The position numbers and the translations under genes are program-made. From positions 410,812,001-410,876,000 of the forward strand of contig OZ024740.1 in assembly GCA_964016885.1 (NCBI GenBank): a DNA stretch of 64,000 bases, read 5' to 3'. Source of the DNA: Eledone cirrhosa. Its lineage: Eukaryota. The notes beneath the pieces were generated by a model, which worked only from the letters and a program-made list of their open reading frames with translations, ran no database searches and had not been told where the DNA came from. Shown one piece after another: positions 26,270 to 38,028 of the stretch (position 1 is the first letter of the stretch; each line of letters opens with the position of its first letter).

Positions 26270-26456
26270 ATTTAATGGATTGGCAGTATCGGTAGAAGGT
26301 CGGACGCCAAGCTTTGTGGCATAGAGTTACGGCCATTTATGATCTGAGTTCAAATCCCGTCGAGGTTAACTTTGCCTTTCATCCTTACGAGGTCGATAAA
26401 ATAAAGCACCAGTAATGCACTGGGATAATTGCTGGCCTTGTGCCAAAAGTAGAAAC
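26270..26456 (+). mobile_element. tRNA-derived SINE (family 1)
   Basis: A/B boxes and family core; abuts Tx1-B copy 1. Confidence 0.85.
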
Positions 26457-27894
26457 GTCCGCTGGACGGATGGACCGGTTAAATTGCTAGGGGTCTGGTT
26501 CGGTCCAGACATCCAGACGGACAAAAACTGGGACGAGGTGACCAGCAGGGTGGCTTCTCTCACCCAGAAATGAGCCGAGAGAAAGCTATCCCTGAAAGGT
26601 CGAGCGGAGGTGGCGAATGCGTACATCGCATCCGTCATCTACTACCGCCTGACCGTCGTACCTTGTCCTAAGCCCCGCCTGACTGCGCTGGAGCGTTTGC
26701 TGTTCGCTTCTTGTGGAAGGGACACGCTCCGATGGTCAGGCGGTCCATCTGCTGTCAACACCCGCTACGTGGAGGGCTGGGCATGCCGTGGCTGATGATG
26801 CGCAGACACGCGCTCAGGCTACGACATCTCTACCTCTTCCTCGACGGTGATCAGGTGTGGTCGCCGTTTGCTAGACACGTTTTTCCCCAGCTCGTCTCCT
26901 TGACGGAGCTGCAGTCCTGGGTCAAGCGAAGACCGAGAGGGAGCGCTTGGAGACTGGAATGTCTTCAGGCGCTCACAGCCCTCGACCAATCGGGCAATGT
27001 GATCGGTGGAAACTCCACCTTGGCGTTCTATAGGGAATTAGTGGAGGGGAAGAGCGACGACGTACTTGGAGAAACTCTAGGCGTCGACGAAAATCAACTA
27101 GCCAATCTCTTCGGAAGGACTTTCGGGCCGTGGCCTATGGACAACTTCCGGAAATCCCTGGCCTGGCAGTGATACCGGGGTGCTTTGCCAGTTCGGGATA
27201 AACTTTACAGGCATGGAGGTGCCGTCAGCCGGGCATGTCCGAGATGCGCACAGGGCGACGAAACAGTCCTGCACGCACTCGTCCAGTGTCCGAGCATTGC
27301 TGATTTGTGGGTTTATGTCGAACACCTGCTGTCACGTGTAGGACGGATCCGGCTATCAGCTGAGTCCATCGTGAGGATTGCCCCGCCCCCTTCCTTTAGC
27401 CGGGAAGGGCAGGCAGTTTTCATCTGTCTGGTGGCCATGGCGAAAGAGATAGTATGGTGGACACGTTTGAAAGGGCTGAAGACGAGCACTTACCTCTTCG
27501 GTGATGCCTGATTAACTTTTTCAAATTTCATCTGAAAAGGAAAATCAGGGTAGAGAGGGAAGTGCTCTCTTCCCAGCATTTTGTTGAAAGATGGGTGAGA
27601 GAAGCAAGTATGGCCCGAATGAATGGGCCTTCTCTGAGTATGTGTCTGTAAATTAAAGGTGGAAAACTGGGAGAGGGCACTTGCCCTGGTGGTCAGGGCC
27701 ACTGTGGTCCTTTAATGGGCTTTCTCCACAAATGTCCCTCGGAAGTCTCCCCCCTATTGGGGAATTTTTCTTTGTTATTTTATTTCATCCTCTGTTTTTT
27801 TTACACGCAGAAATGCCCATTTGTACCGTCCTGTATTGTCCTGTACTGTCCTTAATGTCTACTTTATGTAAACCCTTGGGGTTAATAAAGAAAA

Positions 27895-27896
<2 letters not shown>
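26457..27896 (+). mobile_element. Tx1-B copy 1, 5'-truncated, (TTA)n tail 27897-27943
   Basis: Near-identical to 53785-55229; CPRCAQGDETVLHALVQC; stops and frameshifts. Confidence 0.92.
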
Positions 27897-27943
<47 letters not shown>

Positions 27944-30900
27944 GTTCTTTGAGTCTCAGTCATTGATGCTAGTTAACTGGAAAGTTTGTTGAAATGAATA
28001 TCAAGCCACTACCTGCAGCCTCAGATATCCAGGACGTATCGGAGGGTTCTTGCTGTTCCCAGCAAGCATGCCTTTTGAAGCGTTCCAAAAGGCACGGCGG
28101 GGCCAATTTTCTTTAACCATCCCTGGAAACTTATTGAGATAGTACCTAGTGCGCCTATGACAAGCGGGACCACTTTGACTTCATGGCAGTTCCAAATCCT
28201 TTTTACCTCCCACTTTAAGTCCTGGTATCGGTTAATTTTCTCCCTCTCCTTCTCTTGCACTCTCGTGTCGAATGGGCAGGCCACATCCACAATCAGGCAC
28301 GATCTTTTTTCTTTGTCCAAAACCACCATGTCAGGTCTATTGTGTTCCAGTTTCTTGTCCGTCTGTATCCTAAAATCCCACAGAACCTTAACCTGATCGT
28401 TTTCTATCACTGACTCTGGCTTATGCTCATACCACTTCTCAGAATGTGGTAAATTGTTTACTTTGCATAGGTGCCAGTGGATCACCCTGCCCATCACATC
28501 ATGTCTCCAGCCCTTATAGTGAGTCTGGGCTAGGTGGTTACACTCGGATACAATGTGAGCCACAGTCTCCTCTCTCTCTCCACAGATCCTGCACAGTGGG
28601 CTAGCCTCCTCCTTGTAAATATGGTGTTTCAACCACTTCGTTTTGAGGGCCTGCTCTTGCGCAGCCATTAACATTCCTTCTGTAGCCTTTTTAAGGTCTC
28701 CTCTTTTCAACCAGTTCCATGTCTGTGGATCTCTGAATTCAGTTTTCTCAAAGAAGGTACTATGAAGGAATTTTTCATGAAGGCTGCTCTTTCTCCTTGT
28801 TGTTATTTCCTCCTTGGACATCCTCTGGTCTATTGTCCTCTCCTTCAGTACAGTTCTGAGCATTGGCTCCTTACTATCAGTCACGTACTTGTGTAGGTTG
28901 TTTTTCTCCATCTGAACACAGTCCTCTATGCTGATAAGACCTCTTCCACCTTCAGATCTCTTCAAGTAGAGTCTATCGACATCACTCCTCTTGTGGAACA
29001 TGTTGTAGATAGTCAATAGCTTCCTAGTCTTCCTATCCATTTCTTTTTATTCAGCAACATTGCATCTCAGAATTCCCGTACTGTACCTAATAATAGACAC
29101 AGCTCGGGAATTTACTGCACTTATGGCATTCCTACTGTTCAGATGTGACTTTAATACGCTCCTTACTCTCCAAATGTATTCAGATCTTATCAATTCCTTC
29201 ATTTTTTTTGTTCTTGATGTCATCAGCCTCCAGAAGACCTAAATATTTGTATCCCACTTCAGTATCAATTTCCTTTATCATCTCACCTATTGGTACCTGG
29301 ATTCTTTTCCTTCTGCTCAATGTACCCCTCTTCATCACAAGGACTCCACACTTACTAATACCAAATTGCATACATATATCATTGCTGAAAATACGGACAG
29401 TGTCAACAAGCACATCCAACTCCTTCTCACTCTTCCCGAAGAGCTTAAGATCGTCCATGAAGAGGAGGTGATTGGTGGTAAGCTCTCCCTTTCCCAACTT
29501 GTATCCTGCTCTCACTTTTCGCAGTATAATGGTCAGGGGCATCATGGCAAGGACAAACAACAGAGGAAACAGACTATCTCCCTGGAAGATACCTCTCTTG
29601 ATCTTCACGCCTCCCAAGGATTCTCCGCTGATGTTAACTCTGTTTTCCAGGACTTCATAATTTTGCCCAAAAACTGCCTGATGTTATCTGCCACCTTGAA
29701 GATCTCTAGGCTTTTGGTGATCCAAGAATGAGGCACCATGTCAAATGCCTTTTTGTTGTCTATCCATCCCATGGCAAGACCAGTGTGTCTCCTCTTGCAA
29801 TTCCTCATTACCATCTTATCAATAAGTAACTGGTCCTTTGTACCACGGGACTTCTTTCGACATCCTTTCTGTTCGTCCGGTAACAAGTTGTTTGTGTGGA
29901 GGTGATGGTAGATTTCCTCAGACATAATGCTTGTCAACAGTTTCCACATTACGGACAGACATGTGATAGGTCTATAGTTGGTAACATCATTACCCATGAT
30001 TCGGTCTTTCATTACCAGAACTGTGATACCTTTTGTCAACCACTCTGGTACCTCACCTGACATCAAGCAGTCATTGAACATGGTTGTCAGTTTCGGGTGG
30101 AGGGATGTTATATTTTTAATCCAATACCCTTGCACACGATCTGGGCCTTGCGATTTCCAGTTGGTTAGTTTTTGGCCTGCCCCTTCAGAGTTTCAACTGT
30201 GATACTCAAATCAGTTTGTTAGTGTGCCTGTTCACTAATCTCCTTCTGTACTGTTTCAATCCACACTGCCTGGTCATTATGTTTAACATCCTGCTCCCAT
30301 ATTCCTCTCCAGAATGTCTTAGTTTGTTCCGCCTCAGGGATCAAGTCGTTGCCTCTTTCTTTCCTTTCAAGCTGTCCAAACAGCATCTTCTGGTTGTTGT
30401 CAAACATGCGGTTCTGTCTATACTGACTGACTCTGCTCGCGTATCGCCTAATTTTTGCACTCTTTGCTACAATGCGTTGCTTCAGTTCCTCTATGATAAT
30501 ATTTAGCTTTTTACTCCTAGTTTTGTACTTTATTTCCTGTCTATTTTTAGTGTCTATGTTTTTTAGTGTACCATTCAGTAGGGACTCAAGCTTTCCAATG
30601 TCATTTCTCATTTCCCTGATTTGACCATTCAGTCGTTTCTTCCACCAAGGTTCTGATCTTTCTTGTTTGTTGTTTCCTCTCGCTTTTATGCCAAGGAATT
30701 TCCTCACCGCATTTGCTGTTGCTTTGAGGATATTGTTGCACTGGTGAAGGCTCCTCGCCTCAAGGTATGGGATGACTTTGTTTACCTTAGCTGTTGTTTC
30801 TTTTAACTTTTTCCTGTCTACAAATCTTAGGTTCATAGGTTTCCCAATATCATTGTTCAATTCATCTACCACTAAGTTTAGGATATCAACCAAATCTTGT

Positions 30901-31590
30901 CCTAGCCCGTCAGCATTCATCTCCTCAATGGCCGTATCTTTATTCCAGGTATTATTTATCTCAGCATTCAGATTATTGTCTGCTTCGGATGGTTCCTCCG
31001 TTCTCTCAACCTCTTCACCTTCATTTCCCACTGACTAGTTTGCCTGGCATACTCCACTCTCCATTTCCAACCTAATCTCTCTGCTCAGTTCCTCCAGTTC
31101 CAGCTCGCTTATCCACCCATTAGTTCTTATTACCCGAGCCAGCCCGGCCAATTTTTGTTCCTCTAATTTAAATAGACCAATCTCGTTCCAGATGTTATGC
31201 ATCCGTTTCCTATAGCCTTTCTCCTTGGGGTTACTCTTCAGGTAACATTGCATAACAGTTCTATTCAATTCTTTCGTCCAGTTGGTTCTGGTCCCTTTCC
31301 TTCTTCTCCTTCCTCCGACACCAGCAGTATTTGGTTGACAGCCAGGTCCCTGCTGCTGAGCCAGGGAGCACCTGCAGGGTGAGAGTCTGTCACATGACAT
31401 TCTAGTCTCCACTTCACCGTTATTCGAACTGTTTAGGTTCGACGGTGATTTTGGTGTGGCACTATCAGAGCTGTAGACGAACATAAATAAACAAACAGGC
31501 AAATAGGTAAAAAAAAAACAAAAAAGAGTTTTTCAAATGCTTTTATAGGTACATTCTTGTCTATTGGAACGGACATATCAATTAGCAGGC

Positions 31591-31592
<2 letters not shown>
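27944..31592 (-). mobile_element. R4/Dong-clade non-LTR element copy 1, degenerate
   Basis: Fragmented ORFs homologous to the 1130-aa ORF: QGDSL, FMDD, CRICGE..HIVSEC, RPD..D..K restriction-like endonuclease; (TAA)n tail. Confidence 0.9.
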
Positions 31593-31627
<35 letters not shown>

Positions 31628-31713
31628 GTTATTGTTATTCCTTGAATCTCAGTCATTGATGTTGGTTAACTGGAAAGTCCGTTGGATTGAATATCAAGCC
31701 ACTACCTGCAGCC

Positions 31714-34700
31714 TCAGATATTCAGGACGTATCGGAGGGTTCTTGCTGTTCCAAGCAAGCATGCCTTTTGAAGCGTTCCAAAAAGCGTGAAGGGGCCGAT
31801 TTTCTTTAACCATCCCTGGAAACTTTTGGAGATAGTCCCCAGTGCGCCTATGACAATCGGGATCACTTTGACTTCATGGCAGTTCCAAATCCTTTTCACC
31901 TCCCACTTTAGGTCCTGGTATCGGTTAATTTTCTCCCTCTCCTTCTCTTGCACTCTCGTGTCGAACGGGCAGGCCACATCCACAATCAGGCACGATATTT
32001 TTTCTTTGTCCACAACCACCAGGTCAGGTCTATTGTGTTCCAGTTTTTTGTCCGTCTGTATCCTAAAATCCCACAGCACCTTCACCTGATTGTTCTCCAT
32101 CACCGCCTCTGGCCTATGCTCATACCATTTCTCAGAATGTGGTAGATTGTTTACTTTGCACAGGTGCCAGTGGATCACCCTGCCCATCACATCGTGTCTC
32201 CAGCCCTTATAGTGGGTCTGGGCTAGGTGTTTACACTCGGACACAATGTGAGCCACAGTCTCCTCTCTCTCTCCACAGATCCTGCACAGTGGGCTGGCCT
32301 CCTCCTTGTAGATATGGTGCTTCAACCACTTCGTTTTGAGGGCCTGCTCCTGCGCAGCCATTAGCATTCCTTCTGTAGCCTTTTTGAGGTCTCCTCTTCT
32401 CAACCAGTTCCATGTCTGTGGATCTCTAAATTCAGTTTTCTCAAAGAAGGTACTATGAAGGGGTTTTCCCTTAAGGCTGCTCTTCCTCCTTGATGTTATT
32501 TCCTCCCTGGACATCCCCTGGCCTACTGTCCCCTCCTTCAGTACAGCTCTGAGCATTGGCTCCTTACTATAGGTCACGTATTTGTATAGGTTGTTTTTCT
32601 CCATCTGAACACAGTCCTCTATGCTGATAAGACTTCTTCCACCCTCAGATCTCCTTAGGTAGAGTCTATCGACATCACTCCTCTTGTGGAACATGTTGTA
32701 GATAGTCAATAGCTTCCTAGTCTTCCTATCCATTTCTTTCTGTTCAGCAACATTCCATCTCAGAATTCCCGCACTGTACCTAATAATAGACACAGCTCGG
32801 GAATTTACTGCGCTTATGGCATTTCTGCTGTTCAGATGTGACTTCAATACGCTCCTTACTTTCCGAATGTATTCAGTTCTTAACAATTCCTTCATTTTTT
32901 TGTTCTTTATGCCATTAGCCTCCAGAACGCCCAAATACTTGTATCCTTCCTCAGAGTCAATTTCCTTTATCATCTCACCTGTTGGTATCTGGATCCCGTT
33001 ACTTCTGCTCAACCTACCCCTCTTCATCACAATGACTCCACATTTACCAATACCAAACTGCATACATATATCACTGCTGAAAATACGGACAGTGTCAACA
33101 AGCACATCCAACTCCTTCTCACTTTTCCCGAAGAGCTTAAGATCGTCCATGAAGAGGAGGTGATTGATGGTAAGCTCTCCCCTTCCCAACTTGTATCCTG
33201 CTCTCACTTTTCGCAGCATAATGGTCAAGGGCATCAGGCCAAGGACAAACAACAGAGGGGACAGGCTATCTCCCTGGAAGATACCTCTCTTGATCTTCAC
33301 GCTTCCCAAGGATACTCCAGTTGATGTCAACTCTGTCTCCCAGGACCCCATACTCCTGCCTAGCAACTGTCTGATGTTATCCGCCACCCTGAAGATCTCC
33401 AGGCTTTTGGTGATCCAGGAATGAGGCACCATGTCAAATGCCTTTCTGTAGTCTATCCATCCCATGGCAAGATCAGTGTGTCTCCTCCTGCAATTCCCCA
33501 TTACCATCTTATCAATAAGCAACTGGTCCTTTGTACCACGTGACTTCTTTCGGCATCCTTTCTGTTCGTCCGGTAACAAGTTGTTTGTGTGGAGGTGATG
33601 GTAGATTTCCTCAGACACAATGCTCGTCAACAGTTTCCACATTACGGGCAGACATGTGATAGGTCTATAGTTGGTAGCATCATTACCCTTGATTCGGTCT
33701 TTCATTATCAGAACTGTGGTACCTATTGTCAACCACTCTGGCACCTCACCCGACACCAAGCAGTCATTGAACATGGCCGTCAGCTTCGGGTGGAGGGATG
33801 TTAGATGTTTAATCCAATACCCCTGCACACCATCTGGGCCTGGTGATTTCCAGTTGGTTAGTTTTTTGGCTTGCCCCTTAAGAGTTTCAACTGTGATACT
33901 CAAATCAGTCTGTTGCTGTGCCTGCTCACCGATCTCCCTCTGTACTGTCTCAATCCACCCTGCCTGGGCATTGTGTCTAACATCCTGCTCCCATATTCCT
34001 CTCCAGAATGTTTTAGTTTGCTCCGCCCCAGGGATCAAGTCGTTGCCTCTTTCTTTGCCCTCAAGCTGTCCAAACAGCATCTTCTGGTTGTTGTCGAACA
34101 TGCGGTTCTGTTTATACTGACTGACTCTGTTCTCGTATCGCCTGATTTTTGCACTCTTTGCTACAATGCGTTGCTTCAATTCCTCTATGATAATATTTAG
34201 CTTTTTACTCCTAGTTTTGTATTTTATTTCCAGTCTATTTTTAGTGCCTATGTTTTTTAGTGTCCCATTCAGTAGTGGCTCAAGCTTTCCTATGTCATTT
34301 CTCATTTCCCCGATTTGCCCACTCAGTCGCTTCTTCCACCACGGCTCTGCTCTTTCTTGTCTGTTGTTTCCTCTCGCTTTTATACCAAGTAGTTTCCTCA
34401 CCGTATTTGCTGTTGCTCTGAGGATATTGTTGCACTGGTGAAGGCTCCTCGCCTCAAGGTATGGGATGACTTTGTTTACCTTAGCTGTTGTTTCTTTTAA
34501 CTTTTTCCTGTCTACAAATCTTAGGTTCATAGGTCTCCCACTATCATTGTTCAATTCATCTACCACTAAATTTAGGATGTCAACCGAATCTTGTCCTAGC
34601 CCGTCAGCATTCATCTCCTCAGTGGCCGTATCTCTGTTCCAGGTATTATTTATCTCAGTACTCAGATCATTGTCTGCTTCGGGTGGTTCCTCCGTTCTCA

Positions 34701-35106
34701 GGACCTCCTCACCTTCATTTCCCACCGGCTCGCTTGTCTGGCATACTACACCCGCCATCTCCAAGCCATTCTCTCTGCTCAGTTCCTCCAGTTCCAGCTC
34801 GCTTATCCACCCATTAGTTCTTATTACCCGAGCCTGCCCGGCCAATTTTTGTTCATCTAATTTAAATAAACCAATCTCGTTCCAGATGTTATGCATCCGT
34901 CTCCTGTAGCCCCTCTCCTTGGGGTTACTTTTCAGGTAGCATTGCATAACAGTTCTATTCAATTCTTTCGTCCAGTTGGTTCTGGCCCCTTTCCTTCTTC
35001 TCCTTCCTCCAACATCAGCAGTATTTGGTTGACAGTCAGGTTCCTGCTGCTGAGCCAGGGGGCACCTGTTGGGTGAGAGTCTGTCACATGACGTTCTAGT
35101 CTCCAT
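31714..35106 (-). CDS. R4/Dong-type RT + restriction-like endonuclease polyprotein, 1130 aa
   Basis: N-terminal WTKELN..CY..GYRRRM..IW; KSPGPDG, YRPITCL, DYRKAFD, GIFQGDSLSP, FMDD; CRICGEREETVAHIVSEC, RHD, HNRPDL..IVDVACP..EKINRYQDL. Confidence 0.92.
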   Translation of the reverse strand: METRTSCDRLSPNRCPLAQQQEPDCQPNTADVGGRRRRKGARTNWTKELNRTVMQCYLKSNPKERGYRRRMHNIWNEIGLFKLDEQKLAGQARVIRTNGWISELELEELSRENGLEMAGVVCQTSEPVGNEGEEVLRTEEPPEADNDLSTEINNTWNRDTATEEMNADGLGQDSVDILNLVVDELNNDSGRPMNLRFVDRKKLKETTAKVNKVIPYLEARSLHQCNNILRATANTVRKLLGIKARGNNRQERAEPWWKKRLSGQIGEMRNDIGKLEPLLNGTLKNIGTKNRLEIKYKTRSKKLNIIIEELKQRIVAKSAKIRRYENRVSQYKQNRMFDNNQKMLFGQLEGKERGNDLIPGAEQTKTFWRGIWEQDVRHNAQAGWIETVQREIGEQAQQQTDLSITVETLKGQAKKLTNWKSPGPDGVQGYWIKHLTSLHPKLTAMFNDCLVSGEVPEWLTIGTTVLIMKDRIKGNDATNYRPITCLPVMWKLLTSIVSEEIYHHLHTNNLLPDEQKGCRKKSRGTKDQLLIDKMVMGNCRRRHTDLAMGWIDYRKAFDMVPHSWITKSLEIFRVADNIRQLLGRSMGSWETELTSTGVSLGSVKIKRGIFQGDSLSPLLFVLGLMPLTIMLRKVRAGYKLGRGELTINHLLFMDDLKLFGKSEKELDVLVDTVRIFSSDICMQFGIGKCGVIVMKRGRLSRSNGIQIPTGEMIKEIDSEEGYKYLGVLEANGIKNKKMKELLRTEYIRKVRSVLKSHLNSRNAISAVNSRAVSIIRYSAGILRWNVAEQKEMDRKTRKLLTIYNMFHKRSDVDRLYLRRSEGGRSLISIEDCVQMEKNNLYKYVTYSKEPMLRAVLKEGTVGQGMSREEITSRRKSSLKGKPLHSTFFEKTEFRDPQTWNWLRRGDLKKATEGMLMAAQEQALKTKWLKHHIYKEEASPLCRICGEREETVAHIVSECKHLAQTHYKGWRHDVMGRVIHWHLCKVNNLPHSEKWYEHRPEAVMENNQVKVLWDFRIQTDKKLEHNRPDLVVVDKEKISCLIVDVACPFDTRVQEKEREKINRYQDLKWEVKRIWNCHEVKVIPIVIGALGTISKSFQGWLKKIGPFTLFGTLQKACLLGTARTLRYVLNI

Positions 35107-35408
35107 TTCACCGTTATTCGAACTGTTTATGTTCGATATTTAAACACTCTTATCGAGGATTGGCGAATGTATGTTTACATAGCCATCTGTGGATCCGCCA
35201 TCCCACTTGGCCCTTGTGTGGCATTATCACCACGCTGTATACGAACACACATAAACAAACAAACACACAGGCAGAAAGGGCCCCAGAAATGAATAAGCAT
35301 AAGTTTCATTGTAATGTAGTGTTCGAATGTCTGACTTAGTTTTAGTTTTTTAAGTTTTACTTTTTCCCCCCTCTTCTCTGTCCGTCCGCCTGCTTCTCTC
35401 TTCATTCT

Positions 35409-36274
35409 TATTTTCTTTACGTTTTTGGGGTTTCTTTTTTTTGTTTTTGTTTTTCTCTGTTTGTTTTTCTCGTTTTTTGCTGTTGTTGCTGTGCTGCTTT
35501 GGTTTTGTTGTTTGTTTTTTCTTTTTTCTTTTGGGTCTATCTATATATTTTGATGCCTTCCTCTTTGTTAGTAGTAGGAATTCTATAATGTGGAAGTAGC
35601 AGCCAGCAGGGAAGTGGGAGACTGGCGGCGTTAGCGATACTGAGACAGTGGTGGTGGTGATGTCGATACCGAGGCAGTGGTGGCGGTGATGTGACCGTAT
35701 TACTGTAGTGATGGTGCTGTAGCGGAGTCAAGGGGTGGTGGCGGCGGTGATGGGATAGTGGTGGTAATGATGGCCGTAGTGAGCGGTGGCGGTGAAGGTG
35801 AAAATGTGTCGTTATCTGGCTGTTGTGTTTAGTGTACACAGATGATGGGGTGGGTGGTGTATCTAGTTTCTGGTGTTGGTGAGTTTAGCTGTCCTATATA
35901 GTGTAGCCAGAGTAGAGGAGGGGAGGGGTTCTTCTTCCATTTATAGCCATTTTTTTTTTTTTTTTAATATACAGTGTACAATACAAAGTTGAATATTTGA
36001 ATATTTGAGCCTTATAACAATATATTTTCTTTACGTTTTGAGCCTTATAACAATATATTTTCTTTACGTTTTGAGCCTTATAACAATATATTTTCTTTAC
36101 GTTTTTGGGGTTTCTTTTTTTTGTTTTTGTTTTTCTCTGTTTGTTTTTCTCGTTTTTTGCTGTTGTTGCTGTGCTGCTTTGGTTTTGTTGTTTGTTTTTT
36201 CTTTTTTCTTTTGGGTCTATCTATATATTTTGATGCCTTCCTCTTTGTTAGTGGTAGGAATTCTATAATGTGGA
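35409..36274. repeat. About 185-bp direct repeat (35409-35594 / 36089-36274) and 3x33-bp tandem repeat (36004-36101)
   Basis: Direct sequence comparison; tandem unit TTTGAGCCTTATAACAATATATTTTCTTTACGT. Confidence 0.9.
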
Positions 36275-36292
36275 TTCTTCTTCTTCTTCTTC

Positions 36293-36333
<41 letters not shown>

Positions 36334-37997
36334 GGCGACCTACGTAGTAAATCGTATCATCGTGAGCTCCGCAAAGGTTTGTTATTTTCAGTTGTTTAAA
36401 ATTGCAATTTATGGAAATTTTTTGTTAACTGTATATAAGTGCACATACATTGATTTCTGAAAAGGACACTAAAAAATATTGGGGCCTTGAGCCCAAAATT
36501 TAAACTTTTTATAATTATCAAACAAAAATTTTTCTTTGAAAAATCATGGCTGGATCAGAGTCACTACTTCCTCACAATCCAACACCTCACCCCGACACCA
36601 CCATTGTAAATATTGCTACGTTTGCCAACACTGGAAATGTAAGCAGTAGCAATATTTTAAATTTGTCTCAGGCAGACGTTCATTTCCCGCAATTACCAAT
36701 GACTGCAGGTGTTAAAGCCTCCAACACCACCATCACCGCGACAACCCCCACCCCCACCACCACCCCAGCGATAACAGAAACAAAAGAAAAAACTAAATAA
36801 CTCGTGATATCGAAATGAATTCAACCAAAATGAACTCTTCCACACCGAACACCACTGACGCCACCACCACCACAACTGAAACTAAAATTAACAATAGCAA
36901 AAATAACGATAATAACAACAGCAACAATGACATTAAGAAAACCACCCTGAGTTTTGCAAGAGTAGCAAAACAGTGCGAAGCATTTCAGGTAACTCAGGAT
37001 GAATTAGAAGAAGCCCCCCCAAATGGTAAAGAAAGATGGAGACAGGGTCAGCCCCCCCCCCCCACCTAATAAAATGGAGCATCGGCGCCTATGCATGGTG
37101 TCTTATCGAACAATTAATATAAAATCGCGCCGAATGGAACAGGCATCCGAGTCCCAAATCCAAAAAGCTTTGGGACATGTGTGGGCAAAAAAACCCCACA
37201 TCAGACGTGGGCAGAAGTATGGAACCGTGGACGTGTTCTTTGAAACACCACAGGAGGCTAGAGAACACTCCATGGCCCCACTAAGAAGTGACGACTTCAC
37301 ACTCGTCCCAGGCTATTGTGGCCAGAGACTCGTAAAGATCAGGGTCACCCACGTTCCACCGGCCATCAAAATTCCCTGGCTAATAGCTGCCGTCCTCGCC
37401 GGCATCGAAGCCAACACCAAAATAATCGAAATAGCGAAAGAAAAGCAGGAGAACTGGTCCGGATCTGGGATGGAGCTCCTGATCCAAGCGGACCAAAAAA
37501 GCATTGAGGAGATCCCAGAGGTAATAGACCTCACTGACGGCAGCCACCTCACCGTAATCGTCGAGGGCAGAAAGCCTAGGTTTGTCGTTTGTGGTGAAGA
37601 AACCCACCTAAGAGCTTTCTGCCCTCAGGCTAAAAGGTTGAGGCCACCTCTACTACCCACACCAGTGACTCAACGATCAACACCACCAGCAGCAGAGATG
37701 GCAGCAACAACTGTAGCAGCAACAACAGAAGCAACTGGAACAGCAATAACCCCAGCAACAGTAGCAAAACCAACACCACCACCAAACGCGCAGAACTAGC
37801 GCCAACGCCTACACCACCCACCACGCCACAAGCAAAACTAACGCCTGTGTAGGATTTTCCACTCCCCGGCCTATCACAACTGAAGACAGATTGTGACGTC
37901 GAGGAGTGGGAAACGGTATCAGGAAAAAAGAAAAAAAGAAAAAAAGAAAAAAAGAAAAAAAGAAAAAAAGAAAAAAAGAGAAAAAGAAAAAAAAAAG

Positions 37998-38028
<31 letters not shown>

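Larger units (their letters stand above)
31640..36274 (-). mobile_element. R4/Dong-clade non-LTR element copy 2, apparently full length
   Basis: Single intact ORF; (TTA)n at 31593-31639 and (TTC)n(TTA)n at 36275-36333. 5' boundary inferred from the flanking microsatellite. Confidence 0.88.

Noticed and set aside
36004-36101. CRISPR-like 33-bp repeats
   Set aside because: Head-to-tail with no spacers, no cas genes, eukaryotic context.
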